Positions 12,973-27,624 of a stretch of DNA of 64,000 bases are shown in pieces (positions within the stretch are counted from its first letter, which is position 1; each line of letters opens with the position of its first letter). The stretch is from the NCBI RefSeq assembly GCF_009914755.1, contig NC_060936.1. One strand, given 5' to 3'. A program made the translations under genes and the position numbers. Under the pieces are notes generated by a model. It saw only the letters and a list, made by a program, of their open reading frames with translations, was not told the DNA's origin and made no database searches. The DNA comes from the human T2T-CHM13v2.0 reference genome, Homo sapiens.

Positions 12973-13599
12973 CTTCGTAGGCAGTGAGTGTTATCTGCTA
13001 TTAATAGCGTATGATCTTGGGCGGGACTGAGAAAGGGTGGAGGAAGGAGATAGCTGAGGCTGGGGGAGGTGGGAGAGAAGTCTCCAATGAGCCCCAAGTT
13101 GAGCCCCTTTCTCCCTCCTCATTCCTCCCCTCTCTCCCCCAGTCACAGCCATAGGAGCTGACTTAAGAGGTAGATACTGGGTCCCAGAGACCGTAAGGGA
13201 CTTGGCCAAGATGGCACAGTAAGCCGGTGGCACAGCCAGGGATCCCAAATACCCATGTATCCTATAATCCCCCAACTCCCAGCCTGACCTGGCTGCCCTC
13301 TGGGGTGGGCGCCCGCTCAGTGCCCCGGGAGCGTTATCGTCTGTGGACAAGAGTCACAAGGGCAAATCAGTAACAATTTGATTATGCGAAGGACTCCAGG
13401 CTGGCTGGCGCCCCTTCCCACGGCAGATGGCCAGGCTGCCCCTCGGACACAAGCCAGTGAGGTCCTGGAGCAGGGAGCACTGGCTGGGCTCAGCTGGGAC
13501 AGGAAATCCCAAACCAAGTAAGCAACATGTGCATATGAGCTCTCACTCTAAGGACGGTGATAGCAGTAATAAGACAGTCACACACATGTGAGCGCGACA

Positions 13600-13790
13600 G
13601 CATCTGCTGGCTTTTATTCTATACCAGGACCTACGCTAAGCATTCTACACCATCTAGGTGTTATAACAACCCCATCAGCAGCGACGATGAGGAAACTGAG
13701 GCCGAGAGACTCGAGGTCACTAGTTCACGTAGCCCCAGAGCTGTGAAACAAAGGTTTGTGCCTAAGTCTGCCTGAAACCCAAGACTCTCA
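13600..13790 (-). mobile_element. MIR
   Basis: gatgaggaaactgaggccgagag core. Confidence 0.8.
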
Positions 13791-13955
13791 GTGTAACTCG
13801 GGGCAGCACCCAAGCCTCAGTCCTTGGCCAGTGCCTTACTTCTTCTTCACCATGGCTCTGGGAGGTCCCTTAGGTGCCCTGTTTGCAGGTGAGAACCTGC
13901 ACAGTCCCACAGAGAGGTGGAGAAGGAGCTGGGATTCAGGCATAGGTTGCTCTGA

Positions 13956-14292
<337 letters not shown>

Positions 14293-14924
14293 TGACTCTT
14301 TCTGGAGCCTCAGACCCCACCTTGTTCCATCCCACCTTGCCAACCTCCACCCACCCCACCAGCATCCTACCCTGTGGCCTCCTGGTCACCTAGGAGAGCT
14401 GCCTGGGTGTAACTTTCACCATTCCTCCAAATGGCACTTCGGGTGGCCACTCTTCGGGCCCAAGAAGTCTGGGGAACCAGCCACAAGCCCCTGCATGGCC
14501 CCCCCACTTGCTGAAGGTCACCCTGGTACTCACACTCAGCCTAGGTTGGGGGCCAGGCCTGCCAAGGTGCCCTAAGTAGTAATTGAAATATTAGCTCTGT
14601 GAACATGTCAGTGGCTCTGTGCTGAGAGGCAGCTCCTTTGGCTGTGAGGCAGGGCCCTCTCCTTTCCCCTGAGGGCCACATGGAGAGATCTGAGAAGCAC
14701 TGGGACCTGGGCCAGCCAGAGGATCTGGGTTGGACCCTGCATCACTGTGCAGCCTTGATTAAGTCCTTTCCCTTCTCTGGGCCTTTGTATTATAAAATGG
14801 ATACATCCATCCTTCCCGCCTCATCCCATGACTGAAATTAGCCTGGGGCCTGGCATACAGTACGTGCTAACTAAATGCTTGATGGGATTCACTAGAACAA
14901 TATTTTCCAAGGTGAGATAGCTGT

Positions 14925-15060
14925 TCTACCTGCCCAGCATCATGTGAGGTGCTTGTTACAAACGCAAACTCCTGGGCCCCACCCGGAACAGCAGGTTCTG
15001 GGGCCTTGGAGTCTGCATTTGTGACAAACGCTCCCAGTGACCCCAGCTGGCACTGCCCAG
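14925..15060. mobile_element. MER5A-type DNA transposon
   Basis: gcttgttacaaacgcaaactcctgggccccacc...tctgcatttgtgacaaacgctcccagtga. Confidence 0.7.
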
Positions 15061-15227
15061 CACCCCTGCTTCCTGCTGAGGTAGGAGGAGCAGCTTAGGC
15101 TTTGGGGCAGGCAGCTGAGCCTCAATTTGCTTACACATCAGTGAGAACAGAAATATTCACCTCTTGGGGCTTTGAGGAGGCATGAATGAGATATCAGGCA
15201 TGACCCATAATAAGTACCCAGAAAATA

Positions 15228-15479
15228 GGTCGGGGGCAGTGGCTCAAGCTTGTAATCCCAGCACTTTGGGAGGCTAAGGCGGGCAGATCTGTTGAGGTCA
15301 GGAGCTCGAGACCAGCCTGGCCAACATGGTGAAACCCTGTCTCTACTAAAAATACAAAAATTAGCTGGGCATGGTGGTGGGCACTTGTAATCCCAGCTAT
15401 TCAGGAGGATGAGCCGAGATTGTGCCACTGCACTCCAGCCTGGGCGACAGAGTGAGAGTCTGTCTAAAAAAAAAAAAAA
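15228..15479 (+). mobile_element. AluS with right-arm deletion
   Basis: caggagga joins directly to tgagccgagat; TSD aagtacccag. Confidence 0.9.
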
Positions 15480-16049
15480 GTACCCAGGAAATGATATTCC
15501 CCCTTCCACCCACCCATGCCCCTTTGGTGGAGGACCAAGCATCAGCATACACCCCCAAAGTGGGGACAAGTGGCTATCCTGCCCCTCAGGAGCCTCGTCA
15601 GCAGGGCCCGCTCCAAATGGATCTTTTCCCCCCATTTTTGCAGACAACATCAGCATCTCTTGGGGCGGGCCAAGAAAATGCCAGCGTCAGCACACCACAT
15701 GCCCCAGCCAGACACCGCTGCTCTTTATTAATTAACCGCCAGATGTTAGTTTTGCATCTTTTATCAGAGGGAGGTTTGTCATCGGGACCTTGTATGTCAG
15801 GCCATTAGGGAGAGTCAGGAAAACATCCCTGGGGGGACCCTGGAGTTGGCAGGCAGCCGGGAAGGAGGACATGAAGCCAGGTGTCCGGCCCTCTCCCATG
15901 TGAGCCACACAGCCCCCAGCCCAGTGCACGCCTCTGCCCCAGCCGCCCCAGCCCCCAGTGCCTCCCTGGCAGTGGCTAGAGCAGCCAGCCATCTGGTCCT
16001 TCAAGAAAGGTCCCTGAGGAGGCTACTCGGGCACCAGTTCACTGGGGCC

Positions 16050-16600
16050 ACCTTGGGAAGCAAAATAGCCCCAGCCCTGCTCTCCAGAGCTCACAGTCAC
16101 AATGGAGAGAGCCACAATCCAGTAAACCCACATCAATAACATGATGACAAATTGTGATCTGTGTCATGAAGGAAACTGACAAGCTTCAGAGAGAGGGCAA
16201 ACAGCAGGCCGGGGACCTAATTTAGATGAAGCGGTTCCCCTGGGGAGGTGACATTTAAGTGGAGTCGTGAAAAAGGAGCCAGGGGCAGAAGGTTCCAGGC
16301 AGAGGACACAGCAAGGACAAAGGCCCTGGGGCAGGAGCGAGCTTGGCACACTTAAGGAACTGAAGAAAGATCCGCAAGGCTGGAGCGTGGTAAAGGGGGC
16401 AGCCACCAGGCTGGCAGGGTTAGCTGGGCCCAGACCAGGGGTCCTCAGGGGACATGCGGAGGAGCATGAAATTCTTGTCCGGAGGGCACTGAGGAGCCAC
16501 AACAGGCTTTGGAGCAGGGGAGCGATGTAGTGAAGGGATTTTCACGTTAGGAAGGTCCCTCTCTCTGCAGAGCAAGGAACAGATTGGCTGTGATATGGTC
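16050..16600 (-). mobile_element. L2
   Basis: ggaggtgacatttaag...ttccaggcagaggacacagcaaggacaaaggccctggggcagga. Confidence 0.8.
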
Positions 16601-16799
16601 AATTGCAAAGGACAGCAGGACCCAAACAATGGCTTCATCAGGACACAGCATGTTCCGGGCGCTTCCTGGGTGCCAGGCAGGATTCACACTTCAAAGTTTA
16701 GGTGGCAGAAATGGCAAGTCTTATTCCTCCATCAGATGTGGGGTGTGAGGAAGAGTAAAGCACCTAGAGGGTTCCGAGTTCCTTGCTGCAGCCACCCCT

Positions 16800-16970
16800 G
16801 AGTCTTTTCATGCTCCCAACACCCTCCAAGACTGGAATCATGGGTTGTCTGCACTTTACAGATGAAGAAATGGAGGCCCAGAGACATGCAAGAGTGTGCT
16901 CAAGGTCACACTGCTAAGAGCAGCAGGTCTTGCATTTGAACCAGGTCTGCCTGCCACCGTCTTTACTGTG
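16800..16970 (-). mobile_element. MIR
   Basis: cactttacagatgaagaaatggaggcccagaga...caaggtcacac. Confidence 0.8.
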
Positions 16971-17495
16971 AACAGCTGTCCAAGCTCAGGCAGGTGGCAG
17001 GTAACAGCTCACCTTTACCCTGCTGCTTTGCGATGCCTGTTTCAACCTCTCCCAGTGACACAGCAAAGGCCACTGGGCAGAGCAGAGAGAGGGGTCTGCC
17101 TCGCTATCTGACCTGACCAGGCAGGGGTCAGTAAGTCCCAGCTCCGGGCTGTCCCAGCCCAAAGGTCAGCATCATCTCCCTGCAAATAGATATGGCCCCA
17201 TTACTCTGGGTTATTATTTTCCACCTGATCCATGCACCATAGGATAAACAGGTGATTACTTCTCCCCTCAGTTCAGTTTCTGATTTGCATATAATAAATA
17301 TCACCCCCAGGAAGTGTGTACGTGTTGTGTGTGTGTGCATGCGTGCACACACACACATACGTCGGGGGTTGGAAAACAGAGCTCATGTCTTATTTATGAG
17401 GAATAAACAGGAGCACAAGCTCACATAATCAACACATATTTAATCTGGCTCTTATTCACCCTTTTGACTCTAATGAGGCCGGGTCTGTGAGTGGC

Positions 17496-17555
17496 TGTGT
17501 GTGTGTGTGTGTGTGTGTGTATCTTTGTGTGTGCATCTGTGTATGTGTGTGTGCA
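17496..17555. repeat. (TG)n microsatellite
   Basis: TG run of 12 or more units plus a degenerate extension; a second TG/CA tract lies at 17325-17360. Confidence 0.9.
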
Positions 17556-18179
17556 CAGGCTACAGAGGGATGCCCCTGCCAGAATCTTTAGTCCACCCTG
17601 GTCAGGGCTGATGGTTGGGGCATAGATGGCTGAAGACATCACCTGACCCTAGGGGTTCACTCTGGGGGTTCCTCAAGAGGTAGTTGGGGGAATCCAGACT
17701 TAAGATCTGGAAGGAGGGCATTTGCTCCCTCCAACAAGTTCACAGCGCAATTTTTTAAAATATTGCCATAATGTGTCTGAGCTATCCAAAATACTTGCAA
17801 CCAGCAATATAAATTGTGCAGCATTAGCCACAGTTCTGTTTGCAGTGACATGTAATATCACATATTTTCAGCAAGATAGAAAAGCAAAAGTGAAAAAAAA
17901 AAAAAAGCCAAGCAGAATCAAGGTCACGTGCTCATGCACACCAGAGCCAAGACTTGAACTTGGGACTCAGGCTTCACAGCCCAAGTTAGTGCTACCTCAT
18001 CATGCTGGCTTCCTGATCATGAGGAGAAAGAAAAACAACAGGAGAACCCATCAGTGTGCCCACCTGCTATTCTTCAGCTCCTGTTCCAATGAGAGAGAAA
18101 CTGAGACCAGAAAAGTGAAGGGATTCGCCTATGGTCATGCACAAAACCATGCAAAGCTTTAATTCAAATCCAAGTCTTA

Positions 18180-18880
18180 CTCTTTCGTTACAGTCACTAT
18201 TTTGTGGACTGGGAATTCAGTCAGGGCACAGCAGGGACAGCTTGTATTTGCTCCATGATGACTGGGCCTTCATTTGGGGTGGCTTGGATGACTAGAAATG
18301 TGTCCCAGTTCTGCCGGGCATGGTGGCTGTCACCTGTAATCCCAGCACTTTGGGAGACTAAGATAGGCAGATGGCTTGAGTCTAGGAGTTCAAGACCAGC
18401 CTGGCCAACATGGCAAAACTCTGTCTCTGCAAAATATACAAAAGTTAGACAGGCATGGTAGTACACACCTGTAGTCCCAGCTACTTGGGAGGCTGAGGGA
18501 GAAGGATCATTTGAGCTTGGGAGGTCGAGGCTGCAGTGCGCCGTGATTGCACCACTGCACTCCGGCCTGGGTGACAGCAAGAACCGGTCAAAAAAAAAAA
18601 AAGAAAGAAAAGAAAAAAATGTTCCAGTCAAATGGTTTTTCTTGATTTTTCTCCAAGTTGAATATGCTGGGGCTGAAATGCCCACAGTGGCTCTTTCACT
18701 CACATATCTGACTCCCGGAATCAATGGCTGGGACATCTAGAGCTGGCTGAACACGTCCCTCCTCTCCACCCAGCCTCTCCACTTAGCCAGCTTTGGACTT
18801 CCTCACAATATGGCGGTCTCAGAGTAGTTAGACTTCTTACGTGGCAGCAGGCGTCCACCAGAGAAAACATTCTGAAATCA
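18180..18880 (-). mobile_element. Old MLT1-type LTR split by an Alu
   Basis: gggaattcagtcagggcacagcaggg and gacttcctcacaatatggcggtctcagagtagttagacttcttacgtggcagc. Confidence 0.65.
18313..18619 (+). mobile_element. AluJ
   Basis: Full dimer. Confidence 0.9.
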
Positions 18881-18981
18881 TGGATGTGTTTTCTATTTTG
18901 GTATGCTTGTTTATTTCTATGAATACATTGTTTTTGTAAAGACACAAATGATGAGTGTGTGGTGTAAAAATTCAAACAGTA

Positions 18982-19277
<296 letters not shown>

Positions 19278-19489
19278 TCAAACAATATGGAAAGTATAAA
19301 GATTAGAGCCAAAAAAAAAAATCAGAATTCTACCACCTAGAAATGAACGTTTGGTGAACTTCAATCAAGGAATTCTTCTGCAACCAAATTGAAAATCAAA
19401 GGGTGAATGGATGAATGAGTGACAGGCAAAAGGACGAATGGGTAAGTATATGAGTGGTGACTGAGTTGATGGAGAGAAAAAAAAGAAAA

Positions 19490-19763
19490 TTTGGGAGGCC
19501 AAGGCAGGCGGATCACTTGAGGTCAGGAGTTCGAGACCATCCTGGACAACATGGCAAAACCCCGTCTCCACTAAAAATACAAAAAAAATTAGCTGAGCAT
19601 CGTGGGAGCTTGCCTGTAATCCCAGCTACTCAGGAGGCTGAGGCAGGAGAATCCCTTGAACCCGCGAGCAGAGGTTACAGTGAGCTGAGATGGTGCCACT
19701 GCACTCCAGCCTCGGCAATAGAGTGAGATTCCATCTCAAAAAAAAAAAAAAACAAACAAACAA
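19490..19763 (+). mobile_element. AluS, 5'-truncated
   Basis: Starts at tttgggaggccaaggcaggcggatcac. Confidence 0.9.
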
Positions 19764-20159
19764 AACTGTGACTGTTGAGGATTCTAAGAGTTGAGGAAAG
19801 AGACAGCTAAGGTTCTGTGGATGTTGGAAAGGTGGTGTTAAGAGACCTGGCTCTCCAGACCTTCGCCCTAGCCACTCAGCAGCCATGACTGAAGCTCATC
19901 TTCTGCAGAGTCCAGTTCCCATAGAAATAGAGCATTCTAAAAATAGACCACTTCCCTCCAGTGAATCATCTAAGAGGAGATGGTCTCTAGCACGGGGGAA
20001 GGGGGCCCCCACCACACAGAGCCAGGATGGTTTACCCTCGACCGTGCCTCCACGCTAGTTACCTGCCTGAATCCTCCTTCAACTCAATCCGCCTTCAACT
20101 CAAACTCTCATCCTTCCCCGCCCTTGAGTGGCTCCTGCCACCTACAAGGTGGAGTCCAA

Positions 20160-22290
20160 ACTATTACTACCATTCCTACCACCTCTACTACTATTACCAC
20201 CATTCCTACCACCACTATTACTATTGCTACCATTCCTACCACCACTGTTACCATTACCACCATTCCTACCACCATTATTACTATTACCATCATTTCTACC
20301 ACTACCATTCCTATCACCACTATTACTACCACCACTATTACTATTACCACCATTCCTACCACTATTACTATTACCACCATTCCTACCACCACTATTACTA
20401 TTAATTATCACCATTCCTATTACCCCTCTTACTATTACTACCATTCCTACTGCCATTATAACTACCACCATTATTACTATTACCACCATTCCTACCACTA
20501 TTACTATTACCACCATTCCTACCACCACTATTACCATTACCACCATTCCTACCACCACTATTGCTATTACCACCATTCCTACCACCACTATGACTATTAC
20601 CACCATTCCTACTGCCACTATGACTATTACCACCATTTCTACCACTACCATTCCTGCCGCCACTATTACTACCACCATTATTACTATTACTACCATTCCT
20701 AACACCACTATTACTATTACCACCATTCCTACCACCCCATTACTATTACCACCATTCCTAACACCACTATTACCACCATTCCTAACACCACTATTACTAT
20801 TATCACCATTCCTATTACCCCTCTTACTATTACTACCATTCCTACCGCCATTATAACTACCACCACTATTACTATTACCACCATTCCTACCACTATTACC
20901 ATTACCACCATTCCTACCACCACTATTACCATTACCACCATTCCTATTACCCCTCTTACTATTACTACCATTCCTACCGCCATTATAACTACCACCACTA
21001 TTGCTATTACCACCATTCCTACCACTATTACTATTGCCACCATTCCTAACACCACTATTACTATTACCACCATTCCTACCACCACTATTACCATTACCAC
21101 CATTCCTACCACCACTATTGCTATTACCACCATTCCTACCACCACTATGACTATTACCACCATTCCTACTGCCACTATGACTATTACCACCATTTCTACC
21201 ACTACCATTCCTGCCGCCACTATTACTACCACCATTATTACTATTACTACCATTCCTAACACCACTATTACTATTACCACCATTCCTACCACTATTACTA
21301 TTACCACCATTCCTACCACCCCATTACTATTACCACCATTCCTAACACCACTATTACCACCATTCCTAACACCACTATTACTATTACTACCATTCCTACC
21401 ACTACCATTCCTACCACCACTATTACCATTACCACCATTCCTACCACCACTATTGCTATTACCACCATTCCTACCACCGCTATTACTATTACCACCATTC
21501 CTACCGCCACTATGACTATTACCACCATTCCTACCACCACTATGACTATTACCACCATTTCTACCACTACCATTCCTGCCGCCACTATTACTACCACCAT
21601 TATTACTATTACTACCATTCCTAACACCACTATGACTATTACCACCATTCCTACCACCATTATTACTATTACCACCATTTCTACCACTACAATTCCTACC
21701 ACCACTATTACTACCACCATTATTACTATTACCACCATTCCTACCACCCCATTACTACCACTATTGCTATTGCTCCCACAATGACCACTATTACTCCCAT
21801 GATTGCTGTTACTACTACAATTACTATTACTGTCCCCACTATTACTATTATTACCACCATTATTGCTACCTTTACTGCCACCACTATTATTACTAATTAC
21901 TACCACTATTACTATTATTACCATACTACCAATACCACTAATACTGTTGCTACCACCACTGTTACCACAATTACTACTGCCACTATTACTACCACTATTG
22001 CTATTGCTTCCCCAATTACAACAATTGCTTTCACAATTGCTGTTACTACTACAATTATTCCTACCACCACTATTCCTATTACCACCATTGCTACCACCAC
22101 TATTACTACCACTCTTGCTATTGCTCCCACAATTACTACTATTACTCCCACAATTGCTGTTTCTACTACAGTTACTACTATTACTACCACCACTATTGCT
22201 ACTTTACTGATTACTGCCACTATTACTACTATTGCCACTACTATCAATACCACTGTTACTATTGCTACCACTATCACTACTACTACTCAT
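20160..22290. repeat. TAC/CAC/TAT low-complexity tandem repeat (27-30 bp unit)
   Basis: Unit about actattactattaccaccattcctaccacc; homogeneous from 20160 to about 21750, more degenerate after that. Confidence 0.95.
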
Positions 22291-22400
22291 TTGCCTTCTC
22301 CTTTATTCTTCTGCAGTAATCTTTATTGTTATTTACAATTTTTTACTACAAAGGTAACACATAATTCACTATAGAAAAGTTAAGAAATTAGAGATAATTT

Positions 22401-22637
22401 GAGACCTTGTTGGGAGGTTCTAGCAGGGGAGTGCAGCTACTCGTATACCCTTGACTGAAGACTGCTCCTCCTCTATCAGGGATTGTTGTCCTCTTTGACC
22501 AAGTGTGCAGCTTCGGGAGGGACGCACATGGAGTGGTGAGGGAGGAAGGGGACACCTACCTAGCCAGCCAGATCAGCCTAATCAACCCTGGCGATCAATG
22601 GGTTGACAGACTTCACAGCCAGATTGCCCTCACATCC
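22401..22637 (-). pseudogene. RN7SKP: 7SK snRNA retropseudogene, about nt 1-237, 3'-truncated
   Basis: Reverse complement reads GGATGTGAGGGCAATCTGGCTG...CCATTGATCGCCAGGGTTGATT...GGGTATACGAGTAGCTGCACTCCCCTGCTAGAACCTCC. About 90% identical to 7SK as recalled, mostly CpG transitions. TSD a(a/g)gaaattagagataattt at 22382-22400 and 22638-22656. Confidence 0.95.
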
Positions 22638-22749
22638 AGGAAATTAGAGATAATTTCAAAGAAGAAAGTAAAATTCACCCCCAAGTACCGCCATCCAGAG
22701 GTGTCAGCCACATTAGGTCCCCAGTCCTGAGTGGAGTCTCAGGCGCTCC

Positions 22750-23225
22750 ATGGCCAGCTGCACGCCACCTTCACACCCCATTTCCTCTCTGACGGTGGGC
22801 TCCAGCTGGACTGAGTCTCTAATGTTCCCACAGGCACCTGCCCGCTGTCCCCTTGCCTCTGGGCCTTTGCCTATGCTGTTCCTTCTGCGTGGCATGGCCT
22901 TCCTCTTGGACTTCATCTGGCTACCCCCCCCGCCCTGACCTTGCCACACTCCCTAGGCTCTGAGCATAGACCAGGCCCCCTAGGGAGCCTTCTCTGAGGA
23001 CCCACACCCCTTAAGCTGGGTCTGGGGCCCCTGATGGACCCCCACAGTCCCCAAGCATCCCCAGTTGAAGCCCATCTCACCCTGTGTGATAAGTCCCTGT
23101 GTCCCTGTCTGTCTCCCCCACTGTAGAAAGCAGGGGTCATGACTGGGCCACCTCTGTATGCCTGTCACAGGCCTGCCACAGAACAGGGGGGTCTATACAT
23201 GCTCATTGAATGAATGAGTGAATGC
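22750..23225 (+). mobile_element. L2 3' region
   Basis: ctgggcctttgcctatgctgttccttctgc...tgtctgtctcccccactgtag...(tgaa)n. Confidence 0.75.
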
Positions 23226-23899
23226 CTCAGTCTGGAAGGGCTTCTTAGAAGAGGTGGCATTCAAGCCAAGGTCTCAAACGTGGGAAAGAAAGTAGTCCAG
23301 ACATAGGGCCAGGCAGCTTTTCCTGCACCAAATGATGGCTCTTCTGCATTGACTTTGACCTGGGCTGTCACCTGGGCCCAGAGCGTTTGCAAACCCTCTA
23401 GGCTCCCAGCAGCATGTTTGAGGAAGCCAGGCAGCTCCTGCCCTGTCCATGCCACCACACAGACACCACCAGATGTGAAGTGCAGGGGACCTCTGTGTGC
23501 TAGTGATTTCTCATAACCGCCCGCCAACAGACAAGGTGAACAGTTCACATTTACGAATCCTTGTTAACAGTGCGGCAGGAGATATTTCACTTTAAGTGCC
23601 CCTTTCTACGGAAAAAGAGAAAAAAATGATAACAGAAAATGTAAGTTATCTCAGCATGGAGAGATGCTGAGAGCTCTGAGCCAGGCCTTCAAGGAGACAG
23701 AACAGAGGCTAGAACATGAGGAGGGGAGTCCCTTTCATGCCCCCCCACAAGCAGTCAGGCCCCAGGGGCATTCCCAAAGCAGAGATTGGCAGGAAAGCCA
23801 AACCTAGCAGGGGAGTAAGGTGGGCACAGCATAGAAGCTGGCTCCACATATCCAAACAGGCAAAGAGAAAAGTACAGGGCTGGTTACGGCAACCTTTAG

Positions 23900-24300
23900 A
23901 AAACAAAAAAAGAACAAAACTGGAAACAACCTAAGTATCCATCAATAGGGGACTGCTTAAGTATAAATTATAATATGGCCATTTGAATGGAGTACTATAC
24001 ATTGAGGAAAAAGAATACAGTTGTTCCATGTGGACCAATAGAGAAGCATGTGCATGAAATATGACTAAGTGGAACAAGCACATTATAGGACAATTTATAG
24101 CATGGTACCATTTATGTAAAAGGAAGCATGTATTTGCTTGATATGCACATAGAAGTATGTGGAGAGAGTTACACAAAAATCTATTCACACGGCTACTCTC
24201 TGGGGAGTGAGATGGCAGAACTGGGGATGGGGAACAACTTTTGACCTTTGTTTCATTTACTTTTGTGTTAGTTTTTACTGTGTACAGTATTACTTATTTT
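23900..24300 (+). mobile_element. Old L1 (L1ME-like) 3' fragment
   Basis: aaactggaaacaacctaagtatccatcaatagggga. Confidence 0.7.
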
Positions 24301-24324
24301 TATTCTTTTTGTTTGTTTTTATAC

Positions 24325-24531
24325 TTTTTTTTTAAAGACAGGGTCTCACTCTGCCACCCAGGCTGGAGTGCAGTGACACCATCATAGCTCACTGCAGCCT
24401 CAACCTCCAGGACTCAAGCAATCCTCCAGCCTCAGCCTCCCAAGTAGTGGGAGCTCCAGGCACTTGCCACCATGCCCGGCTCATTTATTTATTTTTTGTA
24501 ACAATGAAGCCTCACTATGTTGCCCAGGCTC
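24325..24531 (-). mobile_element. AluJ, partial
   Basis: Antisense right arm plus part of the left arm. Confidence 0.85.
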
Positions 24532-24632
24532 AATATTACTTTTATAACTTAGAAGTTTAAATCTTTTAAAATGTTAACTTGAGAGGAGGGAGTGTTTTAT
24601 TTTTTTCCTTTATATCCTTCTCTATTGTTTGA

Positions 24633-24992
<360 letters not shown>

Positions 24993-25067
24993 TGATGTCA
25001 AGCAGATCTCGTTCTTGTTCTCAACCTTTCCTTTACCACCTGGTTGGCTCAGCCTCTCTGAGTATCA

Positions 25068-25451
<384 letters not shown>

Positions 25452-25729
25452 TATGGAGCAAGTGTGCATTGCAGTGAATGTCAGCTTTATCATTATGATT
25501 ATTATACCCCATCAAGGGAGATGGCAAGCTCTTGTACACCATCCCAGTTGGTGAGTTAATGCCCATCCCTGTGACAGACTCTATAAAGCTACTTAAAATG
25601 TTGTAGACCAGTGGCTCACAAACTGTTTTTAGGAATGTAATTCAGTTACAAATGAAATCTTAGGGGGAAGCCCAGAATGTATAACACAGGAAGAAGATTG
25701 TGTCAGCATTTAAAGTGTGACACCCATAC

Positions 25730-26575
<846 letters not shown>

Positions 26576-26939
26576 TACATTTATTCATAAAGCCAGTTAG
26601 GAAAAAACAATGAAGGTGCTTTGATAGACATTAACATTTGAAATCAGGAGTTAGGGATGACAGCTGCTCTCTTTTATCATCCTTGCATTCAATTTCTTCT
26701 TCTTTTTTTTAGTATTAACTTATTTTTTTATTTTAGTTTAGTTTTTCAATTGACACATAATAATTGTACATATCATGATGTTTCTATACATATAATGTAT
26801 AGTGATCAGATATCAGGGTTATTAGCATATCCATCATCTGAAACATTTCTCATTTTACATGCAACTTATTTCTGTATTTGGTTTTGGTTGCCTGATGGTT
26901 CCACTATCAGGGAGATCTGGATTCACAGGTAAGAGGTTG

Positions 26940-27170
26940 CAAATTGTTTGTGGTTTAATGTAGGACTTGGGTGCCCAAACGCTGGAGCAAGACAGTCAGA
27001 GCTCAAATACACCCCAGCTGCGGAATCTGGGGCAAGCCACTTGACCTCTCTGAGTCTCAGTGTACTAGCACCCACCTCACAGGAGGGTTGGGAATAGGAG
27101 ATGAGTGAATACATGATACACGTGAAAGCATTTAGACAGTGCCTGACACCCGGTTTGGGTGAACTCGTGT
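26940..27170 (+). mobile_element. MIR
   Basis: ggggcaagccacttgacctctctgagtctcag...gtgaaagcatttagacagtgcctgacac. Confidence 0.8.
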
Positions 27171-27624
27171 TCTTATTCTGCCACATTCTAACTCATCGGA
27201 GCACCTGTGTGCTGCCTCGGGCTGACAGGTTTACCGGAATAAAACTTCACCTGCTATGTCGGTTTCATTGGCAAACATCCTGAGATGGCAGGGCATGCTT
27301 TTATAAAACTTATTTGCCACTGCTTCTCTGTGATTTAGGATTTTCTGGATAGTGACCTCAGAGCCGTGCTGCAGGGACAAAGGAACCTCTAGAGACGTTT
27401 TAGGAAAGTGATTTTGAGCTCAACATGCAGAACATGTTCCAGTGCATGAAGCTGTCTAGAGTGGACCAGGCTGCCCTCCAGGTAAGAGCTTCCTTTGTCA
27501 AGAAAGTGTTCATAATTAGGCTGATTGTCGTGCCGTGAGCATCATAATAGGGATGCCAGCACCAGATGGAAGGAAGACTTCATTCACACATTCATTCATT
27601 CAACAAACGTTTACTGAGTTCATT

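Noticed and set aside
13292-13310. CTCF-like motif (minus strand CCCCAGAGGGCAGC); similar one near 20135
   Set aside because: Two mismatches to the core consensus; too common by chance to call without ChIP data.
20160-22290. CRISPR-like array
   Set aside because: No unique spacers, eukaryotic context and no cas genes.
19980-22374. A mucin or His/Tyr-rich protein gene
   Set aside because: Open frames on both strands result from triplet low complexity; there are frameshifts and no signal peptide or mucin domains.
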